A stretch of 64,000 nt of DNA from Candidatus Bathyarchaeia archaeon. Lineage in GTDB: Archaea; Thermoproteota; Bathyarchaeia; Bathyarchaeales; Bathycorpusculaceae. Where the stretch lies: positions 34,433 through 98,432 of the forward strand of contig JBEKSS010000008.1 of assembly GCA_049516875.1 (NCBI GenBank), written 5' to 3'. Under the pieces are notes generated by a model. It saw only the letters and a program-made list of their open reading frames with translations, searched no databases and was not told the DNA's origin. Positions 49,428 to 59,945 of the stretch are shown one piece after another; position 1 is the first letter of the stretch, and every line of letters starts with the position of its first letter. A program made the position numbers and the translations under genes.

Positions 49428-49464
49428 CAATCTATTTATCGAGGTCCCAAAAGATATGTAAGTT

Positions 49465-49540
49465 GCCGGGGTGGCCGAACCGTTCAGGCGGCGGCCTGCA
49501 GAGCCGCTATATATGGGTTCAACTCCCATCCCCGGCTCCA
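49465..49540 (+). tRNA. tRNA-Cys (GCA), intronless, CCA encoded
   Basis: GCCGGGG...GCGGC CTGCAGA GCCGC...GGTTCAACTCC...CCCCGGC T CCA. Confidence 0.95.
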
Positions 49541-49648
49541 ACATTGAACCTTCTACACTTTTGTGACACTAGCGTTTGTGGGATATGAGAAGGAACGAGG
49601 GAAATCCTCTTATTTATTGACCCTATTAATCTGGTATGGCGGTAGAAA

Positions 49649-50092
49649 GTGTCGAAGATCCTTGTTCTTTACTATAGCCGAACCGGAAATACCGAAAAAA
49701 TGGCCAGAGCGGTGGCTGAGGGGGCGAGATCGGCTCAAGGGGTCGAGGTCGAACTGAACTATTATGTTTCGCCTGAAGAATTGGGCGGTTTTGATGCTAT
49801 ACTTGTGGGCGTCGCAACTTATCATCATGATATGCCCGTCAGTTTCAAGAGTTTCTTCGAAGAGGTGGCCGTGAAAAACGTCAGTTTGAAAGGCAAGGTT
49901 GGAGCAGCGTTTGGCTCTTACGGTTGGAGCGGTGAAGCCTCCAAGTTGGTTATAGAAATCATGAAGAACAAGTTCGAAATGGGCGTCACGGAGCCGCCGC
50001 TTCCAATCAGATATGAGCCGGATCAAGCCGGGCTTGAGAAGTGCAAAGAACTTGGAAGAAGAGTTGCCGAAAGACTTATTCACGTGGCCTAA
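49649..50092 (+). CDS. Flavodoxin
   Basis: YYSRTGNTE, FGSYGWSG. Confidence 0.92.
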   Translation: MSKILVLYYSRTGNTEKMARAVAEGARSAQGVEVELNYYVSPEELGGFDAILVGVATYHHDMPVSFKSFFEEVAVKNVSLKGKVGAAFGSYGWSGEASKLVIEIMKNKFEMGVTEPPLPIRYEPDQAGLEKCKELGRRVAERLIHVA

Positions 50093-50121
50093 CATGTGCA
50101 TTAGAAAAGGAGGAGAAGATT

Positions 50122-50601
50122 TTGAGCTCAAAGGATGAACTGGTACAGTTTCTTAAGGACCAGATCAAAGTTGAAAACAAGATCGTGGAATCGTTGAACA
50201 AGTCCCTGCCGGAGATTGGAAATCCGACTGTCAAGGGCGTGTTGAAGGGGATATCCTTGGACTCGGTGAAACACGCTGAAATGTACTCTTCAGCCGTGAT
50301 GCTGTTGACAACTGTATCGAAGGCTCTGACGCAGGAGAATTTGGACAAACAGGAGGATTTGGTGAAAAAACACATACAGATGGAAGCTGAACTCATCCAG
50401 AAAATAAGCAAGACTCTTCCAAACGTTAAAGACAAAAAGGTTAAGCTTCTTCTGGAAGCGATATTGTCAGATGAGAGAAGGCACCACGAACTCTTGAAGA
50501 AAGTGCTGGAGATCCTTGTCAAAGGAGAAACTATAACTGAGGCAGACTGGTGGGACATGCTCTGGAAGGACGTTCCATTCCACGGCGCACCAGGAGGCTA
50601 G
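50122..50601 (+). CDS. Ferritin-like/rubrerythrin-like protein
   Basis: DSVKH and DERRH motifs. TTG start after AGGAG. Confidence 0.85.
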   Translation: MSSKDELVQFLKDQIKVENKIVESLNKSLPEIGNPTVKGVLKGISLDSVKHAEMYSSAVMLLTTVSKALTQENLDKQEDLVKKHIQMEAELIQKISKTLPNVKDKKVKLLLEAILSDERRHHELLKKVLEILVKGETITEADWWDMLWKDVPFHGAPGG

Positions 50602-50809
50602 AAGGCCGCCCGAAGAAAAGAAACTATCACATCACTCACTTTTCCCAATTATGGGTGAATGGAAAAGCGCATACTCACCTGCGTGCCAAAGCCTTTTTTA
50701 TCACAGGGTGCGCGTCGAAACGATTATAAGACATAGGTCTCCACTCAGCTTTCAAGCAAAAAAAGAAGCCAGCCTTCGGAGAGCTATGGGTTTTGGACGG
50801 TGAGGACAG

Positions 50810-53800
50810 ATGGCGGTTGTTAGTTCAGACAAAAAGAAAGATTTGCAGGAGCCAGTTGGCTGGGCACAAACGGCGAGCCCTGAGGATATTCTGTGCGTAC
50901 CCATTGACGACGTTCTTGCACGGCTGAAGACCTCTCGTTCAGGCCTCGCGTCAGATCAAGCACTGGAGTCCCTGAAAACCTATGGCTACAATGAGGTGGC
51001 CAAGAAAAAAAGAACCACCGCCGTGGTGAAGTTTCTCTCAGGTTTCAAAAACCCGCTTGTGCTCATTTTGCTTTTTGCAGCGGTCATATCCGCCATCACA
51101 GAATTGGAAAGCGCGGTGATAATTGTTGCAATAATAATGATCAGTGTGGTCCTCATGTTCTTTCAGGAGTCTAAGGCTGAGAAAGCTGCGGAAAGCCTGA
51201 AAGAGAAAGTCGCGACGACTGCGACAGTCCTCAGAGACAATGCTGTCGAGGAAATCAAGCTCTCAGACGTGGTTCCTGGAGACATAGTGAACCTTTCTGC
51301 CGGCGACATAATTCCGGCAGACGCAAGGTTGTTGAGTGCAAAAGATTTTTTCGTGGACCAGTCAGCGCTGACTGGTGAATCGTTTCCCATCGAGAAAATT
51401 CCGTCACAGCTGAGTGCGCATCAAGCTTGCAGCGTCAATGAATGGAACAATTACCTTTTCATGGGGACTTCTGTGGTGAGCGGTTCGGCTACAGCAGTCG
51501 TGGTCAAAACTGGAGGTTTCACAGATTATGGGAAGATTGTCAAGAAACTGGTTGAAAGAAGGCCTGAAACGGAGTTCGAAAGGGGACTAAGGCGATTCGG
51601 ATATTTGATCATGCAGGTGACTTTTCTTCTTGTTGTTTTTGTCTTCCTCGTAAATGCTTTGTACGTTCGTGGGGTTGTAGAATCGTTGCTTTTCGCCGTG
51701 GCGCTAGCTGTGGGTTTGACGCCTGAGCTTCTGCCCATCATCCTTTCAGTTAATTTATCGAAGGGCGCGTTGGCCATGTCGAAGAGGGGGGTGATAGTGA
51801 AAGAGTTGGCGTCAATCCAGAACTTTGGCAACATGGATGTCTTGTGCACTGATAAGACGGGAACGCTAACCGAGAACAGGGTCAGACTCTTGTTGCATGT
51901 TGATATGGAAGGAAACGACAACACGAAGGTTTTGAAGTACGTTTTTCTAAACAGTCATTATGAGACTGGGCTTAAGAATCCGCTGGATGGAGCAATTCTC
52001 GAACATGAAGAGGTCAACGTGGAAGGTTATGAAAAGATAGATGAAGTCCCCTTTGACTTCGTGAGAAGGCGAGTCTCAGTTGTCGCTGAGTGGCAGAGGG
52101 AACGTTTCTTCATAACCAAAGGAGCGCCAGAAGAGATTTTCAAAGTATGCGCGTATTATGAACTTTCCGAAAAGATATTTGATTTAACACCGGAAACCGA
52201 AAGAAGGATCGAACAGAAATACTATGACTTGAGTGCTGAGGGATACAGGGTCTTAGGCGTTGCATACAAGAAGGTCAGGGAAGAGAAGACCGTGTATTCC
52301 ATCAATGATGAGGGCGAAATGGTTTTCTTGGGTTTTGTCGCGTTCTTGGACCCTCCGAAAGAAACTGCAAAACAATCCTTGGAATTATTCAAGAAAAGCA
52401 ACATAGAGCTCAAGATTCTTACAGGCGACAATGAACTAGTGACAAGAAGAGTTTGCGAACAGCTAGAGTTTGAAATCAAGGGAGTCGTCTTGGGAGTCGA
52501 CATCGCCAAAATGAATGACGACGCGTTGGCAAGGGTGGTTGAGGGAGCCAACATTTTCGCGAGAGTTACACCCTCCCAAAAGGACAGGATTATAAACGCA
52601 TTGAAAAGCAATGGACATGTCGTTGGGTTTCTTGGAGACGGCATCAATGATGCTCCTTCAATGAGGGTTTCAGACGTTAGCATATCAGTAGAAAACGCAG
52701 TGGATGTGGCTAAAGAATCAGCAGATATTATCTTGCTACACAAGGACTTAACAGTGCTTGAAGAAGGCGTCCTAGAGGGAAGGAAAACCTTTGGAAACAC
52801 GATGAAATACATTGAGATGGGCGTCAGCTCAAATTTCGGAAACATGTTCAGTGCAGCAGGTGCGTCTCTTTTTCTGCATGCATTTCTGCCTATGCAATCC
52901 ACACAGATACTTTTAAACAACCTCATGTACGATATGTCCGAGCTGTCTATTCCCACGGATAATGTTGATCCTGACTATGTTGAGAAGCCCAGGAGGTTGC
53001 AGGTTAGTTATATTAGAAATTTCATGCTATATTTTGGGCCGATAAGTTCACTCTTTGACTTCTTAACATTCTTCATAATGCTCTACGTTTTCACCGCAGG
53101 GCCGGCCGGCCATCTGTTTCAAACGGCTTGGTTCATCGAGTCCTTGTGCACACAAACACTGGTCATATTCGTCATTAGAACGAGGAAATCGCCCTTCTTC
53201 AAAAGCAGGCCCAGCAAACTTCTGGTCATAAGCAGCCTTGCAGTAGTGGGCTTCGCAATTCTAATTCCGTTCACACCATTAGGCGGTGTTTTTCAGTTTG
53301 TACCTCCGCCACCGGGTTTCTTTCTATTCTTAGCCGCATTCGTCGCTGTCTACTTGACAATGGCTGAATCTATGAAAAGAGTGTTCTATAAGAGGTATGG
53401 GCAAAGCTTGGAGCAAATACTCGTTCCTGCAAAGGGTCCGCCGCTTTTAACTCCAACGGTGAGGCTAACCCAAAACATGGTAGCAGTCATATGCCTGCGT
53501 CGTGAGGATGAAACCTCGATTGATTCGCTGGTTGACGACCTTAAATCAATCATGGCGTACCCGGTTGAACCCGATCAGGTCACTCGCAACCTTCATCACA
53601 TGCGGCGTATGGGGCTAGTGGACGTGGACTGGCGTAAAGGAATAATTAAACGCAAAACTTCAATGAAGGACTACGTGGACAAGCTCATAAGAGGTGACCT
53701 TTGGCCGAGAGTAGCAGACGACTGGCAGAGAATAGGCTCTTTGGTTCAGTCAAAGTACAAGCAAGTCAATCCTGAATATCAGAGGCTGCTTCAGTCTTGG

Positions 53801-53830
53801 AGCGTGAAACAGGATCGTCAGGTTAGCTGA
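50810..53830 (+). CDS. mgtA: Mg2+-transporting P-type ATPase with extra C-terminal wHTH-like domain
   Basis: LTGES, LTPELLP, DKTGT, GDGIND, SSNFGNMFS, FQTAWF. Confidence 0.92.
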   Translation: MAVVSSDKKKDLQEPVGWAQTASPEDILCVPIDDVLARLKTSRSGLASDQALESLKTYGYNEVAKKKRTTAVVKFLSGFKNPLVLILLFAAVISAITELESAVIIVAIIMISVVLMFFQESKAEKAAESLKEKVATTATVLRDNAVEEIKLSDVVPGDIVNLSAGDIIPADARLLSAKDFFVDQSALTGESFPIEKIPSQLSAHQACSVNEWNNYLFMGTSVVSGSATAVVVKTGGFTDYGKIVKKLVERRPETEFERGLRRFGYLIMQVTFLLVVFVFLVNALYVRGVVESLLFAVALAVGLTPELLPIILSVNLSKGALAMSKRGVIVKELASIQNFGNMDVLCTDKTGTLTENRVRLLLHVDMEGNDNTKVLKYVFLNSHYETGLKNPLDGAILEHEEVNVEGYEKIDEVPFDFVRRRVSVVAEWQRERFFITKGAPEEIFKVCAYYELSEKIFDLTPETERRIEQKYYDLSAEGYRVLGVAYKKVREEKTVYSINDEGEMVFLGFVAFLDPPKETAKQSLELFKKSNIELKILTGDNELVTRRVCEQLEFEIKGVVLGVDIAKMNDDALARVVEGANIFARVTPSQKDRIINALKSNGHVVGFLGDGINDAPSMRVSDVSISVENAVDVAKESADIILLHKDLTVLEEGVLEGRKTFGNTMKYIEMGVSSNFGNMFSAAGASLFLHAFLPMQSTQILLNNLMYDMSELSIPTDNVDPDYVEKPRRLQVSYIRNFMLYFGPISSLFDFLTFFIMLYVFTAGPAGHLFQTAWFIESLCTQTLVIFVIRTRKSPFFKSRPSKLLVISSLAVVGFAILIPFTPLGGVFQFVPPPPGFFLFLAAFVAVYLTMAESMKRVFYKRYGQSLEQILVPAKGPPLLTPTVRLTQNMVAVICLRREDETSIDSLVDDLKSIMAYPVEPDQVTRNLHHMRRMGLVDVDWRKGIIKRKTSMKDYVDKLIRGDLWPRVADDWQRIGSLVQSKYKQVNPEYQRLLQSWSVKQDRQVS

Positions 53831-53834
53831 TTCG

Positions 53835-55223
53835 TCAAGATGTGCATGGAACAAGTTGGAGAGATCTTTCAGCCTTAAACTTTATGACGCTCATGCTAGT
53901 ACTGAGAAGTGTTTTTGACACGGTGTCAGGAGCTGAATCGCTGCTGTTAGGCGCATGCTCTGTTCTTCTTTTTCTCAGGAGAGCTGAGAACGTCAAGATG
54001 AGCAAAGCCAGAATTGCCACTAGGAATATTTTCACATAGAGGGGGATGTACTCCGGTGGGCTTCCAACAGTTATCGTCAGCGTTTCGGAATTGCTTATGC
54101 CCTCATCGTTGGTCACGTTGAGCTTCGCTTGGTATGTTCCTTCTTTGTCGTATGAGTGTGACACTATCGCCCCAGTCGCGTTTGCGCCGTCGCCCAAGCT
54201 CCATTCGTATGAGACTATTCTTCCATAGTCGAGAGATTTGCTCGCGTCCAAAGCCACGTTTTGTCCAACATAGGCCGTGGCATTGTAATCTACGATGATT
54301 TCAGGAATGTGGCCAAAGAATTCTGTCCCCGAGATACTTGTAGTGTGAAAGCCTTCGTCAAGAGCTATGTATAGATATGAGCTTGTGTTGGTGTCAGCTT
54401 CAATCGCACTAATTGTCTTTTCGTCCAGGGTGACGTTGTATGGTCCTCTGAGAAAGTCTTGTTGCAGTATGAAGTCGGCGAAGCCCGATGATCCCTGCGG
54501 AACGGTCATGTTCAAATTTAACGCTTTCGGGGAAGGGTCAAAAGCAAGGGTTGTGATAGAAGCGTTCGTGAACGCTCCAACTTCGAACGTTCTGTTTCCG
54601 TAGGGCAAATTGAACGTTTGTAGTGAAGGAGGAGGCGTTGGCAATGGACCGTAATCAGGCACGGTGGCTTCGTCGGTCCACGATGATACTCCGCTGCCCT
54701 CGTACGTTCCTAAGTAGTCGGTCGTGACGACTTCTATTTCTATGATGTCACTAACCCATTTGTAACCCCACTTGCCGGGGACGACCAATCTATAGAGGCC
54801 TGTGGGGCCGTTAGGCAGATCCGGGAGGTCTGTTCCGTTCGCTCTTAAAGCCAGAATTGTTGAAGGTCTTAAAGCGTCTTCGACGAGAAGGTCCGAGGAA
54901 AAACCGTCTGAGCCTCGCGTGACAACCTTGTAGGCTTCAGGTTTGATCCGAGCCAAGGTCAAAAGATAGAAGAGTGGTATTCCAGTCCAGTTGTAAATGA
55001 CATCCGGGGGGCCCGCGACACATTTTATTCTTGCTACCTCTGAAACCAACGGAAAAGAAAGCAGTTCAGCATAGGTCAGGCTCAAAGGTGTGTTCACCGA
55101 ACCATCTATCTTCAGTACACCAGAAGCTTGGAGCGCACTGGCTGTCTTCAGTGCAGGCAGAAAGGGAACCAGAGCGAAGATTAATACTAAGATCAGAGAG
55201 GCTATTCTCAGGCGTTTTCGCAT
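53835..55223 (-). CDS. Membrane-anchored sulfite-oxidase-family molybdopterin protein with PKD domain
   Basis: Signal peptide, KCV...WTGIPL...RLVVPGKWGYKWV, PKD motif YEWSLGDG, C-terminal TM. Confidence 0.85.
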   Translation of the reverse strand: MRKRLRIASLILVLIFALVPFLPALKTASALQASGVLKIDGSVNTPLSLTYAELLSFPLVSEVARIKCVAGPPDVIYNWTGIPLFYLLTLARIKPEAYKVVTRGSDGFSSDLLVEDALRPSTILALRANGTDLPDLPNGPTGLYRLVVPGKWGYKWVSDIIEIEVVTTDYLGTYEGSGVSSWTDEATVPDYGPLPTPPPSLQTFNLPYGNRTFEVGAFTNASITTLAFDPSPKALNLNMTVPQGSSGFADFILQQDFLRGPYNVTLDEKTISAIEADTNTSSYLYIALDEGFHTTSISGTEFFGHIPEIIVDYNATAYVGQNVALDASKSLDYGRIVSYEWSLGDGANATGAIVSHSYDKEGTYQAKLNVTNDEGISNSETLTITVGSPPEYIPLYVKIFLVAILALLILTFSALLRKRRTEHAPNSSDSAPDTVSKTLLSTSMSVIKFKAERSLQLVPCTS

Positions 55224-55236
55224 GTCTTTCAGCTCC

Positions 55237-55584
55237 TCAGGCCACTAGGTACTGCATCAGCACCATCAACGCTACAGTGAAGGCTCCTAGAAGAATCAGA
55301 AAAGTATTCAGAAGTTTGCCCTCTCTTACGCCCCAATGAGTCAGGGTCGACCTGATTGCAATCAGGACGTGAATCATGAGCAACGTCAAAGTAGGCAGGA
55401 CCAGAACCGTGTGCAGGTGCAATGAAAGGTCGTGCGTAAAAAGACCTCCGGTCAGTTCACTAATTGTCCCCGAGTTTGCGATGCCATATCCTGAAATTGC
55501 CAAGAGTATGAACAAAACTAACGTCGGCCACACAAGCAGACGGTTGAATCTTTTCAAGATATCCGTTTTTGTTTCTTCCATCAC
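55237..55584 (-). CDS. 3-TM His-containing membrane protein (cytochrome b-like partner)
   Basis: SGY...LHLH...LMIHV. Confidence 0.65.
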   Translation of the reverse strand: MMEETKTDILKRFNRLLVWPTLVLFILLAISGYGIANSGTISELTGGLFTHDLSLHLHTVLVLPTLTLLMIHVLIAIRSTLTHWGVREGKLLNTFLILLGAFTVALMVLMQYLVA

Positions 55585-55893
55585 TTCCTACCTTGAATCA
55601 TTGTCTTATTGGCCGTGGATTAAAGTCTTTTTGAATGCGTCCAATAAATATGCTGGTGACCCAAAGTCTGTGCATCAAGCCAAAAAAGCCCAGATGAGGA
55701 CAGGCTGATGACGTTCTTCGTTCGTCTGTCAAGGACTACGTTGTCTCGATTCAAGCTGAGAGAGATCGAACAGTACGCCTCTAACTTCCTCAAGTTTTTC
55801 TGTCTTAGCCTTATTGTTGAGCAGGTCGCCGTTGCCTGGGAGGCGCCACTAGTCGTCTAATCGATTCTCATCTTACGTGGGGATCGCTGAATT

Positions 55894-56952
55894 TCAAGAG
55901 AGGGAACTGTCCTGCCTGATAGGTTGTATGGTTGTTAAAGGGACGATTTGCTCGTCCTTCCCTTTCTTTCCCGTTAGCTCAACGTCTGGCGTTACCTGTT
56001 CGCTTGCTTCTTCGTCTTCTACGAGGTGCGTTGTTGCTGTCAAGGCTTCAGCAGCTAGGTTGTGCATGGCTTCTAGCATTGCGCCTATTTTGACGCCCCT
56101 AGCAGTAATTGAGTAAGAAGCTGGTCTCTTTCTGGTGAAGACCAGTTTCTTTCCTTTCAGTCTGCGCAGGTACTTATACGTCCTTCTGAGTGAGATTCCG
56201 GCTCCTTTTGCTAGTTTTCGGGCAGAAATTCCCTCTTTTGGGATTGTTTCGTAAACCCTTTTTTCTGTTGGAGAGAAGTCTGATTCATTTGGATCCCTTT
56301 TTGTTGTGAAGAAGAAGATGTAGTCCTTCTCTGTGCTGGTTTCAGCTAGGGCTGCTTTCTGCAGGCGGCTGAGGACACGTGCGACACTTTTCTCTGGAAT
56401 TATTCCCTTTAGCTTTTCATAGGTTCTTGGTCCTTTCATGAGTACACCGAGAGTTATTTCTTCATAACATTCGGAGTGTGGTGACAAAACGTCTTCGAGA
56501 TCATCGAAATCCTCCGTCAAATCGCTGATCTTGCGGCCGAATAGGGTTGCATGGTACAAGTTTTGATGTTCGTCTGCAAGTCCGACTGTTATCAGAGGAT
56601 TAACGTATTCTTCAACTATTGTTTGCTGGCTGTGGTTGAAGCCCAGTTTTCGTAGTTCCTGCTGAAGCTGCGTTATTGAATGATTCTCCTTTGAGATTAT
56701 TTCCAGAACTTGCAGTCGTCTGCTGTTTTTTAGTGTGTTCAGTAAGTTCGTCATGAAGCCGGGGTTCTTTGTTTTTTCGTGCAATTTTCTGAGCTGGTTC
56801 TTGTGCTTCCAAGTCTTGCATCCTGATATGCATATTATCGGAGTTAATGGTTTACAGTTTTTGCAGGTCTTCTCCATTGTTCTCACAAAATCTGCTAGAC
56901 TTGTTTGTTTACCTGTTCCATTCAATAAGGTTGCATTATCTTCGTCTTCCAT
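55894..56952 (-). CDS. Multi-wHTH protein with N-terminal 4-Cys cluster
   Basis: CKNCKPLTPIICISGC followed by three HTH-like segments. Confidence 0.75.
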   Translation of the reverse strand: MEDEDNATLLNGTGKQTSLADFVRTMEKTCKNCKPLTPIICISGCKTWKHKNQLRKLHEKTKNPGFMTNLLNTLKNSRRLQVLEIISKENHSITQLQQELRKLGFNHSQQTIVEEYVNPLITVGLADEHQNLYHATLFGRKISDLTEDFDDLEDVLSPHSECYEEITLGVLMKGPRTYEKLKGIIPEKSVARVLSRLQKAALAETSTEKDYIFFFTTKRDPNESDFSPTEKRVYETIPKEGISARKLAKGAGISLRRTYKYLRRLKGKKLVFTRKRPASYSITARGVKIGAMLEAMHNLAAEALTATTHLVEDEEASEQVTPDVELTGKKGKDEQIVPLTTIQPIRQDSSLS

Positions 56953-57044
56953 ATTCTGGGAACCTTCAACCGTACGTCATGACAGGTTCGGAGGAAGGAG
57001 TCAAAAATACTCCTAAAAGCCAGTTTGGGGAGTTTGAGCCTGTC

Positions 57045-57088
57045 ATGACATACGTCATAGTCAGTATGACATACGTCATGTTTATATA
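57045..57088. promoter_or_regulatory. Tandem palindromic operator (ATGACATACGTCAT x2) abutting TATA box
   Basis: Identical copies at 57045-57058 and 57066-57079. TTTATATA at 57081. Confidence 0.75.
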
Positions 57089-57124
57089 CTTTTCCGCCTG
57101 ATTAAGTCAAACAGTGAACCCCAT

Positions 57125-57526
57125 TTGATACTTCCATGCGAGGTTGCCGTAAGATCCGTCATACCAGCAGTAAGAGCCTTAATCGCAAAGCAACTCATGG
57201 AGGAGCAAGGCTTGAAGCAAGACCAAGTGGCAGAACTTCTCGGCATATCACAGTCCGCGGTGAGCAAATACTCCCGAAAGGTCAGAGGACACGCAATAAG
57301 AGTTGACGACATAGAAGAGATACGTCCGTTCATAAATGGCATGGTGATTCTACTGCTGGATCGAACACATCAAAGTGCGCAGCTGCTCAATCTTTTCTGT
57401 CAAGCATGCGTAACCATACGAAAAACGAGTCTGATGTGCACGTTCTGTCAAAAGTCAGACCCAAAGATCAAAATAGAAGAATGCAGATTCTGCATACGCC
57501 TAGTATCTGAAGAAGATGAGAGGTAG
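57125..57526 (+). CDS. HTH transcriptional regulator with Cys-rich C-terminus
   Basis: PCE...QDQVAELLGISQSAVSKY...CQAC..CTFC..CRFC. Confidence 0.88.
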   Translation: MILPCEVAVRSVIPAVRALIAKQLMEEQGLKQDQVAELLGISQSAVSKYSRKVRGHAIRVDDIEEIRPFINGMVILLLDRTHQSAQLLNLFCQACVTIRKTSLMCTFCQKSDPKIKIEECRFCIRLVSEEDER

Positions 57527-57532
57527 ATTGAA

Positions 57533-58558
57533 GTGTCTTCATTCGACGAAAAGGCCGTGCTTGATATTCTTGAAAAGGCAAACAAGAGTGTCGTCAACAT
57601 AAGCACCATAAAATTTGTCCGGCACATGTTCTATCAGGCAGTTCCCGTTGAGGGCATGGGTTCCGGAACCATAATTGACTCCAAAGGCCACATTTTGACT
57701 AATAACCACGTAGTCGGCGGAGCAGAGAAAATAGCCGTGACATTGTGGAACGGTGAGATACTAGAAGGAGCAACTGTAGGCGCGTGCGCCGTGCACGACA
57801 CGGCGATTGTGAAAGTCAGGAAACAAGGTCTCACAGCCGCGGAGCTAGGAGATTCGGACAAGTTGAGGGTTGGCCAGAGAGTCTATGCAATCGGGAATCC
57901 TTTCGGGTTGGCTGGCGGTCCGTCAGTAACTTCTGGAGTGATAAGCGCGACGAACAGGACGATAGAGTCTCAAAGGGGACTGGTGGAGAACCTCGTCCAG
58001 ACTGATGCGGCGATAAATCCTGGAAACAGTGGAGGCCCGTTGGTTGATCTTGAAGGGAAAGTCGTTGCCATAAACACGGCGATAATCCCGTATGCCCAAG
58101 GAATAGGTTTTGCAATTCCAATAAACTCTGCAAAGAAATGCACGAGCGAAATGATACCAGAGAGAATCTCTGTCAGACCTTGGCTTGGAATAATTGGTCT
58201 AGGGCTAACTGAAGAGGTTTCTCGCTACTACGATTTGCCACTGGAACGGGGAGTTCTCATAACAAAAGTCACAGATGGAAGCCCAGCACAACGCGCGGGA
58301 ATAATCATGGGAGACATAATCCTGCGAATCGACAACACCGACATCGAAAGCATTGAAGACCTGCTGAGGCAGATCCATCAAAGAAAGGTTGGAGAAAAAG
58401 TAAATGTCACCGTCTTTCGCAGGGGCTTTGAACAGTTTTTTGAAGTGACTCTGAGCAGCATGCCTCAGGACATGCGTTTTGAACTGTCCAGGGATGCGTC
58501 AGAACGTGCAAAACAAAGATATATGCGATTGACCAAACCTGAAGTTGATGTCCGATGA
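57533..58558 (+). CDS. HtrA/DegP-like serine protease with PDZ domain
   Basis: TNNHVV, D, GNSGGP triad. No signal peptide. Confidence 0.93.
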   Translation: MSSFDEKAVLDILEKANKSVVNISTIKFVRHMFYQAVPVEGMGSGTIIDSKGHILTNNHVVGGAEKIAVTLWNGEILEGATVGACAVHDTAIVKVRKQGLTAAELGDSDKLRVGQRVYAIGNPFGLAGGPSVTSGVISATNRTIESQRGLVENLVQTDAAINPGNSGGPLVDLEGKVVAINTAIIPYAQGIGFAIPINSAKKCTSEMIPERISVRPWLGIIGLGLTEEVSRYYDLPLERGVLITKVTDGSPAQRAGIIMGDIILRIDNTDIESIEDLLRQIHQRKVGEKVNVTVFRRGFEQFFEVTLSSMPQDMRFELSRDASERAKQRYMRLTKPEVDVR

Positions 58559-58577
58559 AGTCAAGGTGTGATGGTGA

Positions 58578-59123
58578 ATGGTTAAGGAGATGACTGAAAC
58601 AAATCTTCGAAGCGCGTTTGCTGGTGAAAGCCAAGCGCACATCAGGTACAAGATCTTTGCGGAAAGAGCTGAAAAGTCAGGCTGGCCTAACGTGGCCAGG
58701 CTGTTCAATGCAATATCCCTTGCTGAGAGAATCCATGCAGGGAACCATTTCAGAAACATACTAAGCAAAGGGGGGTTTCAAACGGTGTCAGCCGCGGTTT
58801 TTGGCCCCAGAAACACGTCAGAAGATCTTCAAGCATGCATCGACGGAGAAACCTTCGAGATAAACGAGATGTACCCAGCCTACAAGGCTGTGGCCCAATT
58901 TCAAGGAGAAAGAGCTGCTGAAACAACCTTTACGTGGGCACTAGAGGCTGAGAGAATCCACCTCAGTCTGTACAAGAAAGCCAAACAAGCCGTGGACCAA
59001 GGCAAAGACGTTGCTTTGGGGCCGGTTCAAATATGCAGTACTTGCGGGTACACAGTTGAAGGAGACGCACCAGACAAGTGCCCGATATGTGGTGCTGCGA
59101 GAGACAAGTTCAAAACCTTCTAG
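58578..59123 (+). CDS. rbr: Rubrerythrin
   Basis: AFAGESQA, ExxH twice, CSTCG/CPICG. Confidence 0.94.
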   Translation: MVKEMTETNLRSAFAGESQAHIRYKIFAERAEKSGWPNVARLFNAISLAERIHAGNHFRNILSKGGFQTVSAAVFGPRNTSEDLQACIDGETFEINEMYPAYKAVAQFQGERAAETTFTWALEAERIHLSLYKKAKQAVDQGKDVALGPVQICSTCGYTVEGDAPDKCPICGAARDKFKTF

Positions 59124-59222
59124 CCTGGATTCGCCTAGACGTTCATATGATGTAATCGATAATCCGTCCCTGTTTCAGCAATCCCGGAGCTGCTTCAAAG
59201 AGCCAATGGAGTGTGCGTTGAA

Positions 59223-59799
59223 AATGACCTGTGAAGAAAAGCCGGCGAGGCGAGTAAATCTTTCTTTGCTGGCCTTGATTTCCTTCATTGCTTCCTTCCT
59301 GATCGCAAGGACATTTACGACTATCAGTCCGGACGCAGTTCTGGTAGGAAATGGTTTTCACATTCACCACTTCTGGTATGGTATAATAATGCTGGCAATT
59401 GGTGGTTGGCTGGGGATCAACTACAATGAAGAGCGAATCGACAGGCTGGCAGCGGTTATTTACGGCGCTGGCGGCGGGCTCATCGGGGACGAAGTTGGTC
59501 TTCTGCTCACCTTTGGAAACTATTGGACAGGACTAACCTACACGACAGTCGTTGTTTTTCTTGCTTTTGTTTCCACTTTCATCCTGTTTAAGAGATACTC
59601 AAAAGCAGTTTTGGCTGAGATTAAAGGGTTTACAAGAAGCAAAGCGAGCTTTTACTTCGGCGTCATCCTCGCTGGCGTTTCAATTGCGTTCATAACAACC
59701 AGCAACTTCTTCATATCCAGCGTTTCAAGCGTGACGGCTGTAATTGCTTTCATCATCATTGTTGCATACATCGGTCGGCGAGTTGGTACAAGACACTAA
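59223..59799 (+). CDS. Hypothetical membrane protein
   Basis: HIHHFWYG...GLIGDE. Start uncertain. Confidence 0.75.
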
Positions 59800-59945
59800 G
59801 AAGACTCAGGTTGCAGTTGGCAAGCAAAATTCTGCCAAACCAATTAGTAAGATAAAGAGTGAAAGTGTCGCTTGAATCGTTAAGGGAGTCTAAACTCTGC
59901 CAAAAGTTTAATACTTTTCGTTTAACAATCGTTTGAGAGGCGTGT

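Noticed and set aside
49465-49540. tRNA-Cys as an integration site
   Set aside because: No duplicate of its 3' end seen, and the flanks are housekeeping genes.
52222-52956. 244-aa minus-strand ORF
   Set aside because: Antisense shadow of mgtA.
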